A stretch of DNA of 64,000 nt. It comes from Myxococcota bacterium (GTDB lineage Bacteria > Myxococcota_A > UBA9160 > SMWR01). Each line of letters opens with the position of its first letter. The first letter of the stretch is position 1. Below are positions 48,948 through 59,788 of the stretch, piece after piece. The translations under genes were made by a program, and so were the position numbers. The notes under the pieces were generated by a model that was not told the DNA's origin, made no database searches, and worked only from the letters and a program-made list of their open reading frames with translations. The stretch spans positions 3,455 through 67,454 of the forward strand of contig DASUFZ010000291.1 in assembly GCA_036274295.1 (NCBI GenBank), read 5' to 3'.

Positions 48948-49888
48948 CGGACCTCCTCGCGTTCCAGCAGGGCTCGCCGCAAGGTCTCGTCGAGCGGCGT
49001 CAGCGCGATGCCGAGCCGGCGCGCCGCCGGCCCCGGGTCGATCGCGTCGTCGTGCTCGAGCACGCCGAGCATGGCGCGCGTGAGCGGCGGATCCGCCAGG
49101 GCCTTCTCGGCCAGCCAGGCGAACACGGCCACCAACGCGTAGGGAACGGAGCGCACCTCGACCCGCGTGCCGAGCACGCGCGCCGCGCGCAGGACGAGAT
49201 CGCGGTGCGGGAGCGACTCGGGGCCGGCGAGATCGAGCGCCGCGCGCAGCGGCTCCGGCAGGTAGAGCGCGGCCGTGATCGCCTCCAGCACGTCGTCTGC
49301 CGCGATCGGCTGCTCCTTCGTCGCTCCGCCGCGCACGAGCGCGACCTTGCCGCCGCGCGCCTGACGCGCGAGTGCGGCGGACGCGGGATCGCCGGGGCCG
49401 AGCACCATCGGCACGCGCAGGATCAGCGCGGGCACCGCTCCGGCGAGCAGGATCTCCTCCGCGCGTCCCTTCGAGGCGAGCGCGCGGTTCGACGAGTCCG
49501 CGCGCGAGCCGAGGATGCTGACGCTGACGATGCGGCGCAGTCCGGCCTTGGCCGCGGCGTCGGCGAGCGCGCGCGCCGGACGCTCGTGCGCGTCCTCGTA
49601 GCGGTTCGCGCGCGTCTCCTTGAGGATGCCGGCCAGGTGCACCGCGGCGTCGCAGCCCGCGGCCGCGGCCGCCAGCGCGGCGGCGTCGGCGTAATCGACG
49701 ATGCGGACGTCCGGCTGCGCGCCGCACGAACGCGCCGCCTCGGCCGCGCGCTCGGAGCGCACCAGTGCGCGCGAAGGCCGCGGCGGCTGCATGCGCGCCA
49801 GCCGACGCATCAGGCGACGGCCGAGCTGGCCATTCGCGCCGGTGACGAGGATGGGCGCCGCGGCGGGCAACCCGGCGAGGCTACTCAC
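48944..49888 (-). CDS. NAD(P)-binding Rossmann protein (NDUFA9/epimerase-like, atypical SDR)
   Basis: VTGANGQLG, VHLAG, SKGRAE and LAGPE motifs. Confidence 0.85.
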   Translation of the reverse strand: MSSLAGLPAAAPILVTGANGQLGRRLMRRLARMQPPRPSRALVRSERAAEAARSCGAQPDVRIVDYADAAALAAAAAGCDAAVHLAGILKETRANRYEDAHERPARALADAAAKAGLRRIVSVSILGSRADSSNRALASKGRAEEILLAGAVPALILRVPMVLGPGDPASAALARQARGGKVALVRGGATKEQPIAADDVLEAITAALYLPEPLRAALDLAGPESLPHRDLVLRAARVLGTRVEVRSVPYALVAVFAWLAEKALADPPLTRAMLGVLEHDDAIDPGPAARRLGIALTPLDETLRRALLEREEVR

Positions 49889-50909
49889 GCCTGCGGCCGT
49901 ACGCGATGCCGAGCGTGACGATGCGCTGCACGAGCTGCGGGTAGGCGAGGCCGACCGCCTTCGCCGAGTCCGCGAAGTCCTCGCCCTCCGCCACGTCGGG
50001 CGTGGAGTTCACCTCGATCACGTAGACGTGGCCGTCGGGCGCGAGGCGCAGGTCGAGGCGCGCGTAGCCCGAGAGGCCGAGCACGCGGTAGACGCGCTTG
50101 CACAGGCGCGCGATGCGCGCGGCCGTAGCCGGCGGCATCTCGCGCGCGGGGCCCGAATCGATGCCGACGCGCGCCTGGTACTTGCGATCGAACTTCGCCC
50201 GCGCCGTCGCGATCGGCAGGCTGCCCTCCGGCAGCTTGTCGAAGAAGAGCTCCCAGGGCGGGAAGGCCTGGAGGCGCTCGTTGCCGAGGATGCTCTGCGT
50301 GAGCTCGCGCCCCTCCACGTACTCCTCGGCGATGGCGTCCGTGCCGACGCTGCGGTGCACGAACTCGACGCGCTCCTTCAGCTTCTGCAGATCCGACACG
50401 ACCGACGCCTGCGAGATGCCGAGCGACGCCTCCTCGTCCACCGACTTGACGATCAGCGGGAAGGAGAGCTCGCGCTCCGTGGCGCGCCGCATAGGCGCCC
50501 CGCGCTCGAACACCGCGAAGCGCGGCGTCGGCACGCGGTGGTAGCGCAGGATCTTCTTGCAGAGCGCCTTGTCGCGGGTCAGCAGGATGCCGCGCGCGTG
50601 GCAGCCCGTGAAGCTCACGCCGAGGAGCTCGAGGTAGCTGGTGACGTGGGCCTGGTAGTTGCCGACGTCGCGGAACTCCATCAGCAGGTTGAAGACGACG
50701 TGCGGATCGAAGCCCAGCGCCACGCTGCGGATCGGCGCGAGGTCGTCGGAGACGCCCACCACCTGCACCTCGTGGCCGAGGTCGCGCAGCGCGCGCGTGA
50801 CGTCGTACTCCGTGCGGAAAGCGTCGACCTGCTCCGCGGGCATGCCCTCGATCGAGTCGGGCGGGATCAGGTCCTCGTGGCACAGGACGACGACGCGCAG
50901 CCGGCTCAT
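49881..50909 (-). CDS. D-Ala-D-Ala-ligase-like ATP-grasp protein
   Basis: DKALCK, FPLIVKS, EEYVEGRE, GYARLDLR and VIEVNSTP motifs. Lacks the Ddl N-terminal GGxSxE. Confidence 0.88.
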   Translation of the reverse strand: MSRLRVVVLCHEDLIPPDSIEGMPAEQVDAFRTEYDVTRALRDLGHEVQVVGVSDDLAPIRSVALGFDPHVVFNLLMEFRDVGNYQAHVTSYLELLGVSFTGCHARGILLTRDKALCKKILRYHRVPTPRFAVFERGAPMRRATERELSFPLIVKSVDEEASLGISQASVVSDLQKLKERVEFVHRSVGTDAIAEEYVEGRELTQSILGNERLQAFPPWELFFDKLPEGSLPIATARAKFDRKYQARVGIDSGPAREMPPATAARIARLCKRVYRVLGLSGYARLDLRLAPDGHVYVIEVNSTPDVAEGEDFADSAKAVGLAYPQLVQRIVTLGIAYGRRRE

Positions 50910-51931
50910 CGCACGTACTCCCGGTAGCGCATGCGCCGGATGCGGAGCGTGTGCATCGCCACCAGCACCGCGGCGCCCTCGGCCGTCTCGCGCTCGCCGT
51001 GCGCGAGGTGAAGGCCGAGATCGCGGCTGCGGCGGATCATGCCCGTCAGCACCTCGTCCACCACGAACGGGCGCTGCCCCGTCCAGCGCGCGACCTGCGT
51101 GCGCAGCGACGCGCGCCGCCCGCGCAGGAAGACCGACGCGCGCTTGCGACGCGTGCCGCTGCCGAAGAGGCGCGCGAGGTCGCGGTCGTAGACGCGCAGA
51201 TCGGCGTCGCCCCAGGTCGAGCGGCGGCGCCGATAGTACTCGCGCAAGGTGATGCGCACCGTATGGAGTGTCTCGATGCGCTCGCGCGAGCGCACCGGCG
51301 GCGCGCTGCCGCGCACCTCGCGCATCAGCGCGTCGACGTACTCGAGCTTGCGGAGCGCAGGCCAGCCCGCGTACTCGCGCCGCCAGCGCCCGCGCGTGCC
51401 GAGCCACACCGCGAAGGTCTCCGCGAAGTCCTCGATCGGGTGGCTCTGCGCGTAGTAGCGGTCGAGATGGTGGACGTAGCGACGGCTGCCGGGGCGCGGC
51501 ACGTAGCCGCGGCGATAGGGCGCCGTCGCCTTGCCGAAGACCTGGCGCCAGTCGTGACGCCGGTGCAGGCGGTACGCGTGATCGAGCGCGTGCGCGGCCT
51601 CGTGTCGCATCAGCCGCGCGAAGCTCGCGCGCGTGCCGCCCTCCACCTCGAACATGTGCGTGCGCTCCAGCGCCGCGAGGCGCGGGTGCGCGAGATAGAA
51701 GGGCACGGCGAAGCCCGGCACGCCGTCGGGCGAGAACCACGCCGTCGAGAGCCAGACGTCGGGGCGCAGCCGGAAGCCCGCGCGCTCGAGCTCGGCGTGC
51801 AGGCGCAGGGCGCGCGCGGCGAGCGGCGTCGACTCGAGCTTCAGCCCGAGATCGCAGATGCGGACGTCGAGCAGCTGCTGGGCGGGCAACGACGCCCACC
51901 AGAGCGCGCGGCGGCGCGCCGTACGCTTCAC
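50906..51931 (-). CDS. Putative zinc-binding metallopeptidase
   Basis: WFSPDG, PFYLAHPRL, RHEAAH (HExxH) and YYAQSHPIEDFAETF motifs. Confidence 0.85.
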   Translation of the reverse strand: MKRTARRRALWWASLPAQQLLDVRICDLGLKLESTPLAARALRLHAELERAGFRLRPDVWLSTAWFSPDGVPGFAVPFYLAHPRLAALERTHMFEVEGGTRASFARLMRHEAAHALDHAYRLHRRHDWRQVFGKATAPYRRGYVPRPGSRRYVHHLDRYYAQSHPIEDFAETFAVWLGTRGRWRREYAGWPALRKLEYVDALMREVRGSAPPVRSRERIETLHTVRITLREYYRRRRSTWGDADLRVYDRDLARLFGSGTRRKRASVFLRGRRASLRTQVARWTGQRPFVVDEVLTGMIRRSRDLGLHLAHGERETAEGAAVLVAMHTLRIRRMRYREYVR

Positions 51932-51934
51932 GAC

Positions 51935-52383
51935 TCGACAGCCACGACGGGCTCGGGGCGAAGGCGCTCGCCTGGTACGAGCGCTTCTTCCCTTCGCGCT
52001 GGGACCGCGCGCGGGCGTCTCTCTCCGGCCGCCGCCTCTTCACGGGCGAGAGCAGCCCCTACTACCTCTTCCACCCGTGCGTCCCCGCTCGCGTGAAGGC
52101 GTGCCTGCCTCGAGCGAAGCTGATCGTACTCCTCCGCGAGCCCGTCGCGCGCGCCTGGTCGCACTATCACCACAGCTTCCGGAAGGGGGACGAGACGCTC
52201 GGCTTCGAGGAGGCGCTCGCCCGCGAGCCCGAGCGCTTGCTCGGCGAAGAGGAGCGCCTCCTCCGCGACGACTCGTATTTCTCGAAGGCCCACCGGCACT
52301 TCAGCTAGCTGGCGCGGGGAATCTACGCCGATCAGCTCGAGCGCTGGCTCCAGAGCTTCGAGCGCGATCGCCTGCTGGTGCTA
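51935..52383 (+). pseudogene. Sulfotransferase remnant (heparan-3-O-ST-like)
   Basis: WYERFFP…TGESSPYYLFHP…KLIVLLREPVARAWSHY…HFS*LARGIYADQLERW. In-frame TAG at 52306-52308, no start codon, no 5'-PSB motif, and no C-terminus. Confidence 0.8.
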
Positions 52384-53511
52384 ACGGACGCCGCGCGCGA
52401 GCGCGGCCGAGAGCGCGATCGCCGCGCACCACACGGCCAGGCTGCCGACGCCGGCCGCGACGCCCTGCGCGTCGCCGAGCGCGCCCGTCAGCCACGGCAC
52501 CGCGGTGCCGCCGAGCGCGCCCGCGCCCGCGGCGAGTCCGGCCGCGACCCCGCGCGCGTGGCGCACGCGCTCGCCGACGAGCGCCATGATGAGCGGATAC
52601 ACGCAGCCGAGTGCCACGCCCGTCGCGAAGAAGGTCAGCTCGACGACGCCATGGCGCGTCGCGACCCCGAGGAGCAGCGCGCAGGCGGCGAGCGCGCCGG
52701 ACGCCCCGAGCGTGCGCGGGCCGAGGGTGACGGGCAGCGCCAGCACGCCTACGCGGCCCGCGAGCAGGCCGAGCCAGAAGGCGCTGATCGCCGACGCGCC
52801 GCGCGCCGCCGAGAGCCCGAGCGCCGAGGTGGCGTAGGGCACGGCGAAGATCGTGAGCGAGGCTTCGACGCCGACGTAGGCGAAGGCGATCAGGGCGAAG
52901 GGCGCGACGCTCGCAGCGAGCCGGGTGGCGCCGCGCGGAACGTGCGGCGCGTCCGCGAGCTGCAGGTGCGAGAGCGGCGGGTGCGGAAAGGAGAGACGCG
53001 ACGCCCACAGCGCGAGCGCCAGATGCGCGGCGCCGACGACGCGGAACGACGCGAGGAAGCTGCCGTTCGCGACGAAGGCAGCCGCCAGGAACGGCCCCGA
53101 CATCGCGCCGATCGTCGCGCCCGCGTGCAGCAGCGACATCGGCCGCGCAGCGGACTCGCCGTAGCGCTCGGCGACGGCCGCGTTGATCAGGGTGTCGTAG
53201 AGGCCGATGCCGAAGCCAGCCGCCGCCACGTGCAGCAGCCAGGCCGCGAACGACATCTGCTCGCGCACCGAGAGCAGCGCCGCGGCCGCGATGCAGAGCG
53301 AGGCCACGAAGAGCGGCCGGCGCGGAAAGCGGTCGAAGAGCGGGCCCGCGAGGACGACGCCGACACCGAGCCCGGCCGCCAGCGCCGAAGCCAGCAGCCC
53401 GGAGCGCGCGAGATCGAGGCCGAGCGCGCGTGCGAGATCGGCCTGGTGCGCGCCCGGCAGCACCAGCACGACACCGAAGGCGACGAAGGACGCGGCGAAG
53501 AACGCGTTCAC
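52381..53511 (-). CDS. MFS transporter
   Basis: About 12 TMs, GPLFDRFPRR (motif A) and FAYVGVE. Confidence 0.88.
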   Translation of the reverse strand: MNAFFAASFVAFGVVLVLPGAHQADLARALGLDLARSGLLASALAAGLGVGVVLAGPLFDRFPRRPLFVASLCIAAAALLSVREQMSFAAWLLHVAAAGFGIGLYDTLINAAVAERYGESAARPMSLLHAGATIGAMSGPFLAAAFVANGSFLASFRVVGAAHLALALWASRLSFPHPPLSHLQLADAPHVPRGATRLAASVAPFALIAFAYVGVEASLTIFAVPYATSALGLSAARGASAISAFWLGLLAGRVGVLALPVTLGPRTLGASGALAACALLLGVATRHGVVELTFFATGVALGCVYPLIMALVGERVRHARGVAAGLAAGAGALGGTAVPWLTGALGDAQGVAAGVGSLAVWCAAIALSAALARGVR

Positions 53512-53524
53512 CGGAGCGCGCCGG

Positions 53525-53902
53525 CTACAACATCCCGAGCTCGAGCTTCGCAGCCTCCGACATCATCGCCGGCGACCACGGCGGGTCCCAGACGAGCTCG
53601 AGCGTCACCGCGGTCACACCCTCGACGCCGCGCGCCTTCGACTCGACCTCGGGCGGCAGCTCCTCCGCTGCGGGACACATCGGCGACGTCAAGGTCATGC
53701 GGATGTTCGCGGCGCCCTCGGCGTCGAGGCTCACCTTGTAGACGAGGCCGAGCTCGTAGATGTCGACGGGGATCTCCGGGTCGAAGACGGTCTTCAGCTG
53801 CTCGACGATGCGGAGACCGACGTCGCGCATCGACTCCGGCGCGTCGACGATGCGCGCCTCGCCCGGCTCCGGGGCCCCCGCGCTCGCGTTCTCGCCCTGC
53901 AT
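53525..53902 (-). CDS. sufT: Fe-S cluster assembly factor (DUF59/SufT)
   Basis: DPEIPVDIYELGL, MTLTSPMCP and WDPPW motifs. Confidence 0.9.
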   Translation of the reverse strand: MQGENASAGAPEPGEARIVDAPESMRDVGLRIVEQLKTVFDPEIPVDIYELGLVYKVSLDAEGAANIRMTLTSPMCPAAEELPPEVESKARGVEGVTAVTLELVWDPPWSPAMMSEAAKLELGML

Positions 53903-53904
53903 GC

Positions 53905-54348
53905 TCACTCCGTGCTCACCGATTCGCCGCCCTCGAGCGCGGCGCGCAGCGCGTGCCAGCAGAGCGTCGCGCACTTGACCCGCAGCGGAAACTCGTGGAC
54001 GCCCGCGAAGACCTCCAGCTTGCCGAGCTCCGAGTCCTCGCGCGCCTCGCCCGTGGTGACGAGCTGGTGGAAGTCTTCGAAGAGCTGCTTCACGGCGGCG
54101 GCGGAGAGGCCGCGCACCGCCTCCGTCATCAGCGAGGCCGAGGCGGTCGAGATGGCGCAGCCGCGCCCGTCGAAGCCGGCCGCCTCGATCTGGTCGCCCG
54201 CCACGCGCGCCATCACGATCACGTGGTCGCCGCACAGCGGGTTGTGTCCCTCGGCGCGCCGGTTCGCGCCAACGAGCTCGCCGCGGTTCCGCGGGCTCTT
54301 GTTGTGGTCGAGGATCACCGACTGGTACAGCTCGCGCAGCTCCGACAT
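53905..54348 (-). CDS. sufU: SUF system NifU-family protein
   Basis: ILDHNKSPRN, NPLCGD, GCAISTASAS and RVKCATL motifs. Confidence 0.93.
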   Translation of the reverse strand: MSELRELYQSVILDHNKSPRNRGELVGANRRAEGHNPLCGDHVIVMARVAGDQIEAAGFDGRGCAISTASASLMTEAVRGLSAAAVKQLFEDFHQLVTTGEAREDSELGKLEVFAGVHEFPLRVKCATLCWHALRAALEGGESVSTE

Positions 54349-55565
54349 CAGGCGAACACCTCGCGCACGCGCGCGAGCCCGCGCACGAGCGCGTCGACGT
54401 CGGCGCGCGTGTTGTAGAGCGCGAGCGACGCGCGCACCATCGCCGGCGCGCCGAAGCGCTCCATCAGCGGCTGCGCGCAGTGGTGGCCGGCGCGCACCGC
54501 GACGCCCTCGGCATCGAGGATGGTGCCGACGTCGTGCGGGTGCACGCCGTCGAGCTCGAAGGCGAAGACGCCGATCTTCCCGGGCGCGGTGCCGTAGAGG
54601 CGCAGCCCGGGCACCTTCGCGAGCTCGCTCGCCGCGTACTCGCCGAGCTCGCGCTCGTGATGCTCGATCGCATCCATGCCGATTCGCTCGAGATAGGCGA
54701 TCGCCGCGCCGAGACCGATCGCCCCCGCGATGTCCGGCGTGCCGGCCTCGAAGCGCGCCGGGATGTCCGCATAGGTCGTCTTCTCGAAGTGGACCGACGC
54801 GATCATGCCGCCGCCGCCGAGGAAGGGAGGCATCGACTGGAGGAGCTCCGCGCGCCCCCACAGCACGCCGATGCCGGACGGGCCGAAGAGCTTGTGCCCG
54901 GAGATCGCGTAGAAATCGCAGCCGAGCGCCTGCACGTCGACGCGCAGGTGCGGCACCGCCTGGGCGCCGTCGACGCACAGCAGCGCGCCGCGCGCGCGGC
55001 AGAGCGCCGCGATGCGCTCGATCGGGTTCACGCTGCCGAGCACGTTCGAGACGTGCGCGACGGCCACCAGGCGCGTGCGCGGCGAGAGCAGCGCCTCGAG
55101 CGCGTCGAGGCGCAGCGCGCCGTGGTCGTCGATCGGAGCGACGCGCAGCACGCAGCCGCGCCGCGCGCAGAGCATCTGCCACGGCACGATGTTCGAGTGG
55201 TGCTCCATCTCCGTCACCACGATCTCGTCGCCGGGTCCGAAGCGCTCGCCGAGGCTGTGGGCCACGAGGTTGAGCGCCTCGGTCGCGTTGCGCACGAAGA
55301 TGATCTCGCGATCCTGCGCAGCGCCGAGGAAGCGGGCGACCCGCGCGCGCGCGTCGTCGAGCGCGCGCGTCGAGCGCAGCGAGAGCTCGTAGACGCCGCG
55401 GTGCACGTTTGCGTAGTCGCGGCGGTAGAGCTCGGCGATCGCGTCGATCACGCACTGCGGCTTCTGCGCGCTGGCGGCGCTGTCGAGGAAGGCGAGCGGC
55501 TTGCCGTGGATCGTCTGCTGGAGGATCGGGAAGTCCTTGCGAACGCGTTCCGGGTCGAAGCTCAC
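54348..55565 (-). CDS. sufS: Cysteine desulfurase
   Basis: LDSAAS, ANVHRG, MEHHSN, SGHK and RAGHHCAQP motifs. Confidence 0.96.
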   Translation of the reverse strand: MSFDPERVRKDFPILQQTIHGKPLAFLDSAASAQKPQCVIDAIAELYRRDYANVHRGVYELSLRSTRALDDARARVARFLGAAQDREIIFVRNATEALNLVAHSLGERFGPGDEIVVTEMEHHSNIVPWQMLCARRGCVLRVAPIDDHGALRLDALEALLSPRTRLVAVAHVSNVLGSVNPIERIAALCRARGALLCVDGAQAVPHLRVDVQALGCDFYAISGHKLFGPSGIGVLWGRAELLQSMPPFLGGGGMIASVHFEKTTYADIPARFEAGTPDIAGAIGLGAAIAYLERIGMDAIEHHERELGEYAASELAKVPGLRLYGTAPGKIGVFAFELDGVHPHDVGTILDAEGVAVRAGHHCAQPLMERFGAPAMVRASLALYNTRADVDALVRGLARVREVFA

Positions 55566-56922
55566 GAGAGCCCTCCGGCGTGCGCGAGGTGCAGCTTCTG
55601 CTGGAGCACGTCGTCGAGAGCGTCCGCGAGCGCGGGCGACGGCAGCCCGCGCAGGATCTCCTGCGCGAAGGCGCGCGTCAGCAGGTCGCGCGCGACGTCC
55701 TCGCCGAGGCCGCGCGAGCGCAGGTAGAAGAAGGCGTCGGGATCGAGCTGGCCGACGCTCGAGCCGTGACTGCACTTCACGTCGTCGGCGAGGATCTCGA
55801 GCTGCGGCTTGGTGTCGACCTCGGCGCCTGCGCCGAGCAGCAGGTTCGGGTTCGACTGCCGCGCGTTCGTCTTCTGCGCGTCCGGCCGCACGACGATGCG
55901 ACCGCGGAAGACGCCGCGCGCCTGGCCGCCGACGATGCCCTTGTAGGTCTCCTGGCTCGTGCAGTGGGGCACCGCGTGGTCGACGATCGTGTGATTGTCG
56001 ACGAGCTGCTTGCCGCCGGCGACGAAGAGGCCGTCGAGCCGGCACTCGGCGCCCTCGCCCACGAGCAGCACGCCGGCGTCGTTGCGCACCAGCGCGCCGC
56101 CGAAGCAGAGCGTGTGGGCCGAGAGACGGCTGTCGCGCTCCTGCACGACGGCGAGGTTGGAGACGTGGAAGCGGTAGTCCGGCTCGCGCTGGATCAGCAC
56201 GAAATCGACCTGCGCGCCGGCGCCGACCTGGATCTCCGTCACCGCGTTCGTGAAGCCGGGGCTGGTGCCGACGCACACGTGATCCTGGATCAGGGTGAGC
56301 CGGCTGCCGGGCGCCGCCTCGACGACGACGCGCGGGTGCACGAGCGCGGAGGCGCCGTCGGCGGCGGGCGCGGAGACGAACACGAGATGGATCGGCTGCT
56401 CGGTGCCCGCGCCGGGCGGCACGCGCACGCAGGCGCCGTCCAGAGCGAAGGCGTTCGCCAGCGCCGCGAACGGATGGAGCTTCACGTCGACCTGCGCGCC
56501 GAGCCGCGCGGCCAGCGCATCCGGCTCGTCGCGCAGCAGCGCGGCGATGCTCTCTACCGTCGTGCCGCACTCGAGCCGGCGCGCGGCGGAGAGCGCCGGC
56601 GCGAAGCGCCCGTTCACGAACACGAAGACGCTGCACGCGAAGACCGGGAAGGCGTGGTGCTCGAGATCGGGCCGCGCGACGGCGCCCCCCGGCGCCGCCA
56701 ACGCGAAGGGAACCTTCGCGAGCGGCGCCACGTTCGTGTTGCGCCACTCCTCCATGCGCGTGTGCGGGAGACCTTGCTCGCGGAACGCATCCAACGAGCG
56801 CGCGCGCAGCGCCGCCAGCCAGGCGGGCTCGCTCCCGCGCGTCGCCGCGAAGCCGGCGTGCAGCGCCAGGAAGCGCTCGCGGGCCTCGTCGTGCGCGCTC
56901 TTGCGTACTTCTTCGTGCACGC

Positions 56923-56926
<4 letters not shown>
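55562..56926 (-). CDS. sufD: Fe-S cluster assembly protein
   Basis: EEWRNT, AQKT, DTKPQLEILADDVKCSHG and FYLRSRG motifs. Confidence 0.95.
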
Positions 56927-57687
<761 letters not shown>

Positions 57688-57690
57688 GAC

Positions 57691-59148
<1,458 letters not shown>

Positions 59149-59160
59149 GTCCCCTCCGCG

Positions 59161-59634
59161 TCAGGACGCGGGTGTGTCGATGTCGGTGATGTCCACGCCG
59201 AGGCTTGCCAGCGGCACGATCCGCGACTGCGACGGCGAGACGAGGTCGGCGAGCGTGATGCGGTCGAGCGTCGACTGCACCGCGCGGCTGATGCGCTGCC
59301 ACGGCGCGCGCACGTGACAGCCCGCCTCCTGCGGGCACGCGCCCGGATGCTGCGCGCACTCGGTGAGGCCGATCGGGCCCTCGAGCGCCGAGATCATCTG
59401 CGGCACCGTGATTCCCTGCGCGGCGCGGGCGAGCGCGTAGCCGCCCTTGGAGCCGCGCTGCGAGACGAGGAGACCGGCGCGCGCGAGCGCCTTCAGCACC
59501 TTGCTCACGACCGGCAGCGGCAGGCGCGTCTCGGCGGCGAGCTCGCGCGCGTTGTGCGGCGCGCCCTGCGGGCAGGCCGCCAGGTGCGCCATCAGCACGA
59601 TGCCGTAGTCGGTGATGCGTGAGAGGCGGATCAT
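59161..59634 (-). CDS. Rrf2-family SUF system regulator (IscR-like, 3 Cys)
   Basis: TDYG, SQRGSKGGY and ECAQHPGACPQEAGC motifs. Confidence 0.92.
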   Translation of the reverse strand: MIRLSRITDYGIVLMAHLAACPQGAPHNARELAAETRLPLPVVSKVLKALARAGLLVSQRGSKGGYALARAAQGITVPQMISALEGPIGLTECAQHPGACPQEAGCHVRAPWQRISRAVQSTLDRITLADLVSPSQSRIVPLASLGVDITDIDTPAS

Positions 59635-59670
59635 CTCGTCCCGCTCCGGGACCTCCGGAAAAAACAGCCC

Positions 59671-59730
59671 GCAGCATATCGGACCGCTCCGGTCCTGTAA
59701 AACTCGGACCGGAAAGGTCCCAGATGCTGC
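59671..59730. promoter_or_regulatory. Two tandem Rrf2/IscR-type palindromic operators
   Basis: GGACC-GCTCC-GGTCC (59681-59695) and GGACC-GGAAA-GGTCC (59706-59720), 25-bp period, bracketed by GCAGCAT/ATGCTGC. Confidence 0.72.
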
Positions 59731-59788
59731 ATCCCTGAAGATTTTCCGCCGTGACGACGATGAGTTGCGCGCCGAGGTCCCAGCCCCG

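Noticed and set aside
52306..52308. In-frame TAG as pyrrolysine or programmed read-through
   Set aside because: The gene also lacks both ends and a start codon, the position is normally Tyr, and no pyl genes are seen. A nonsense mutation is simpler.
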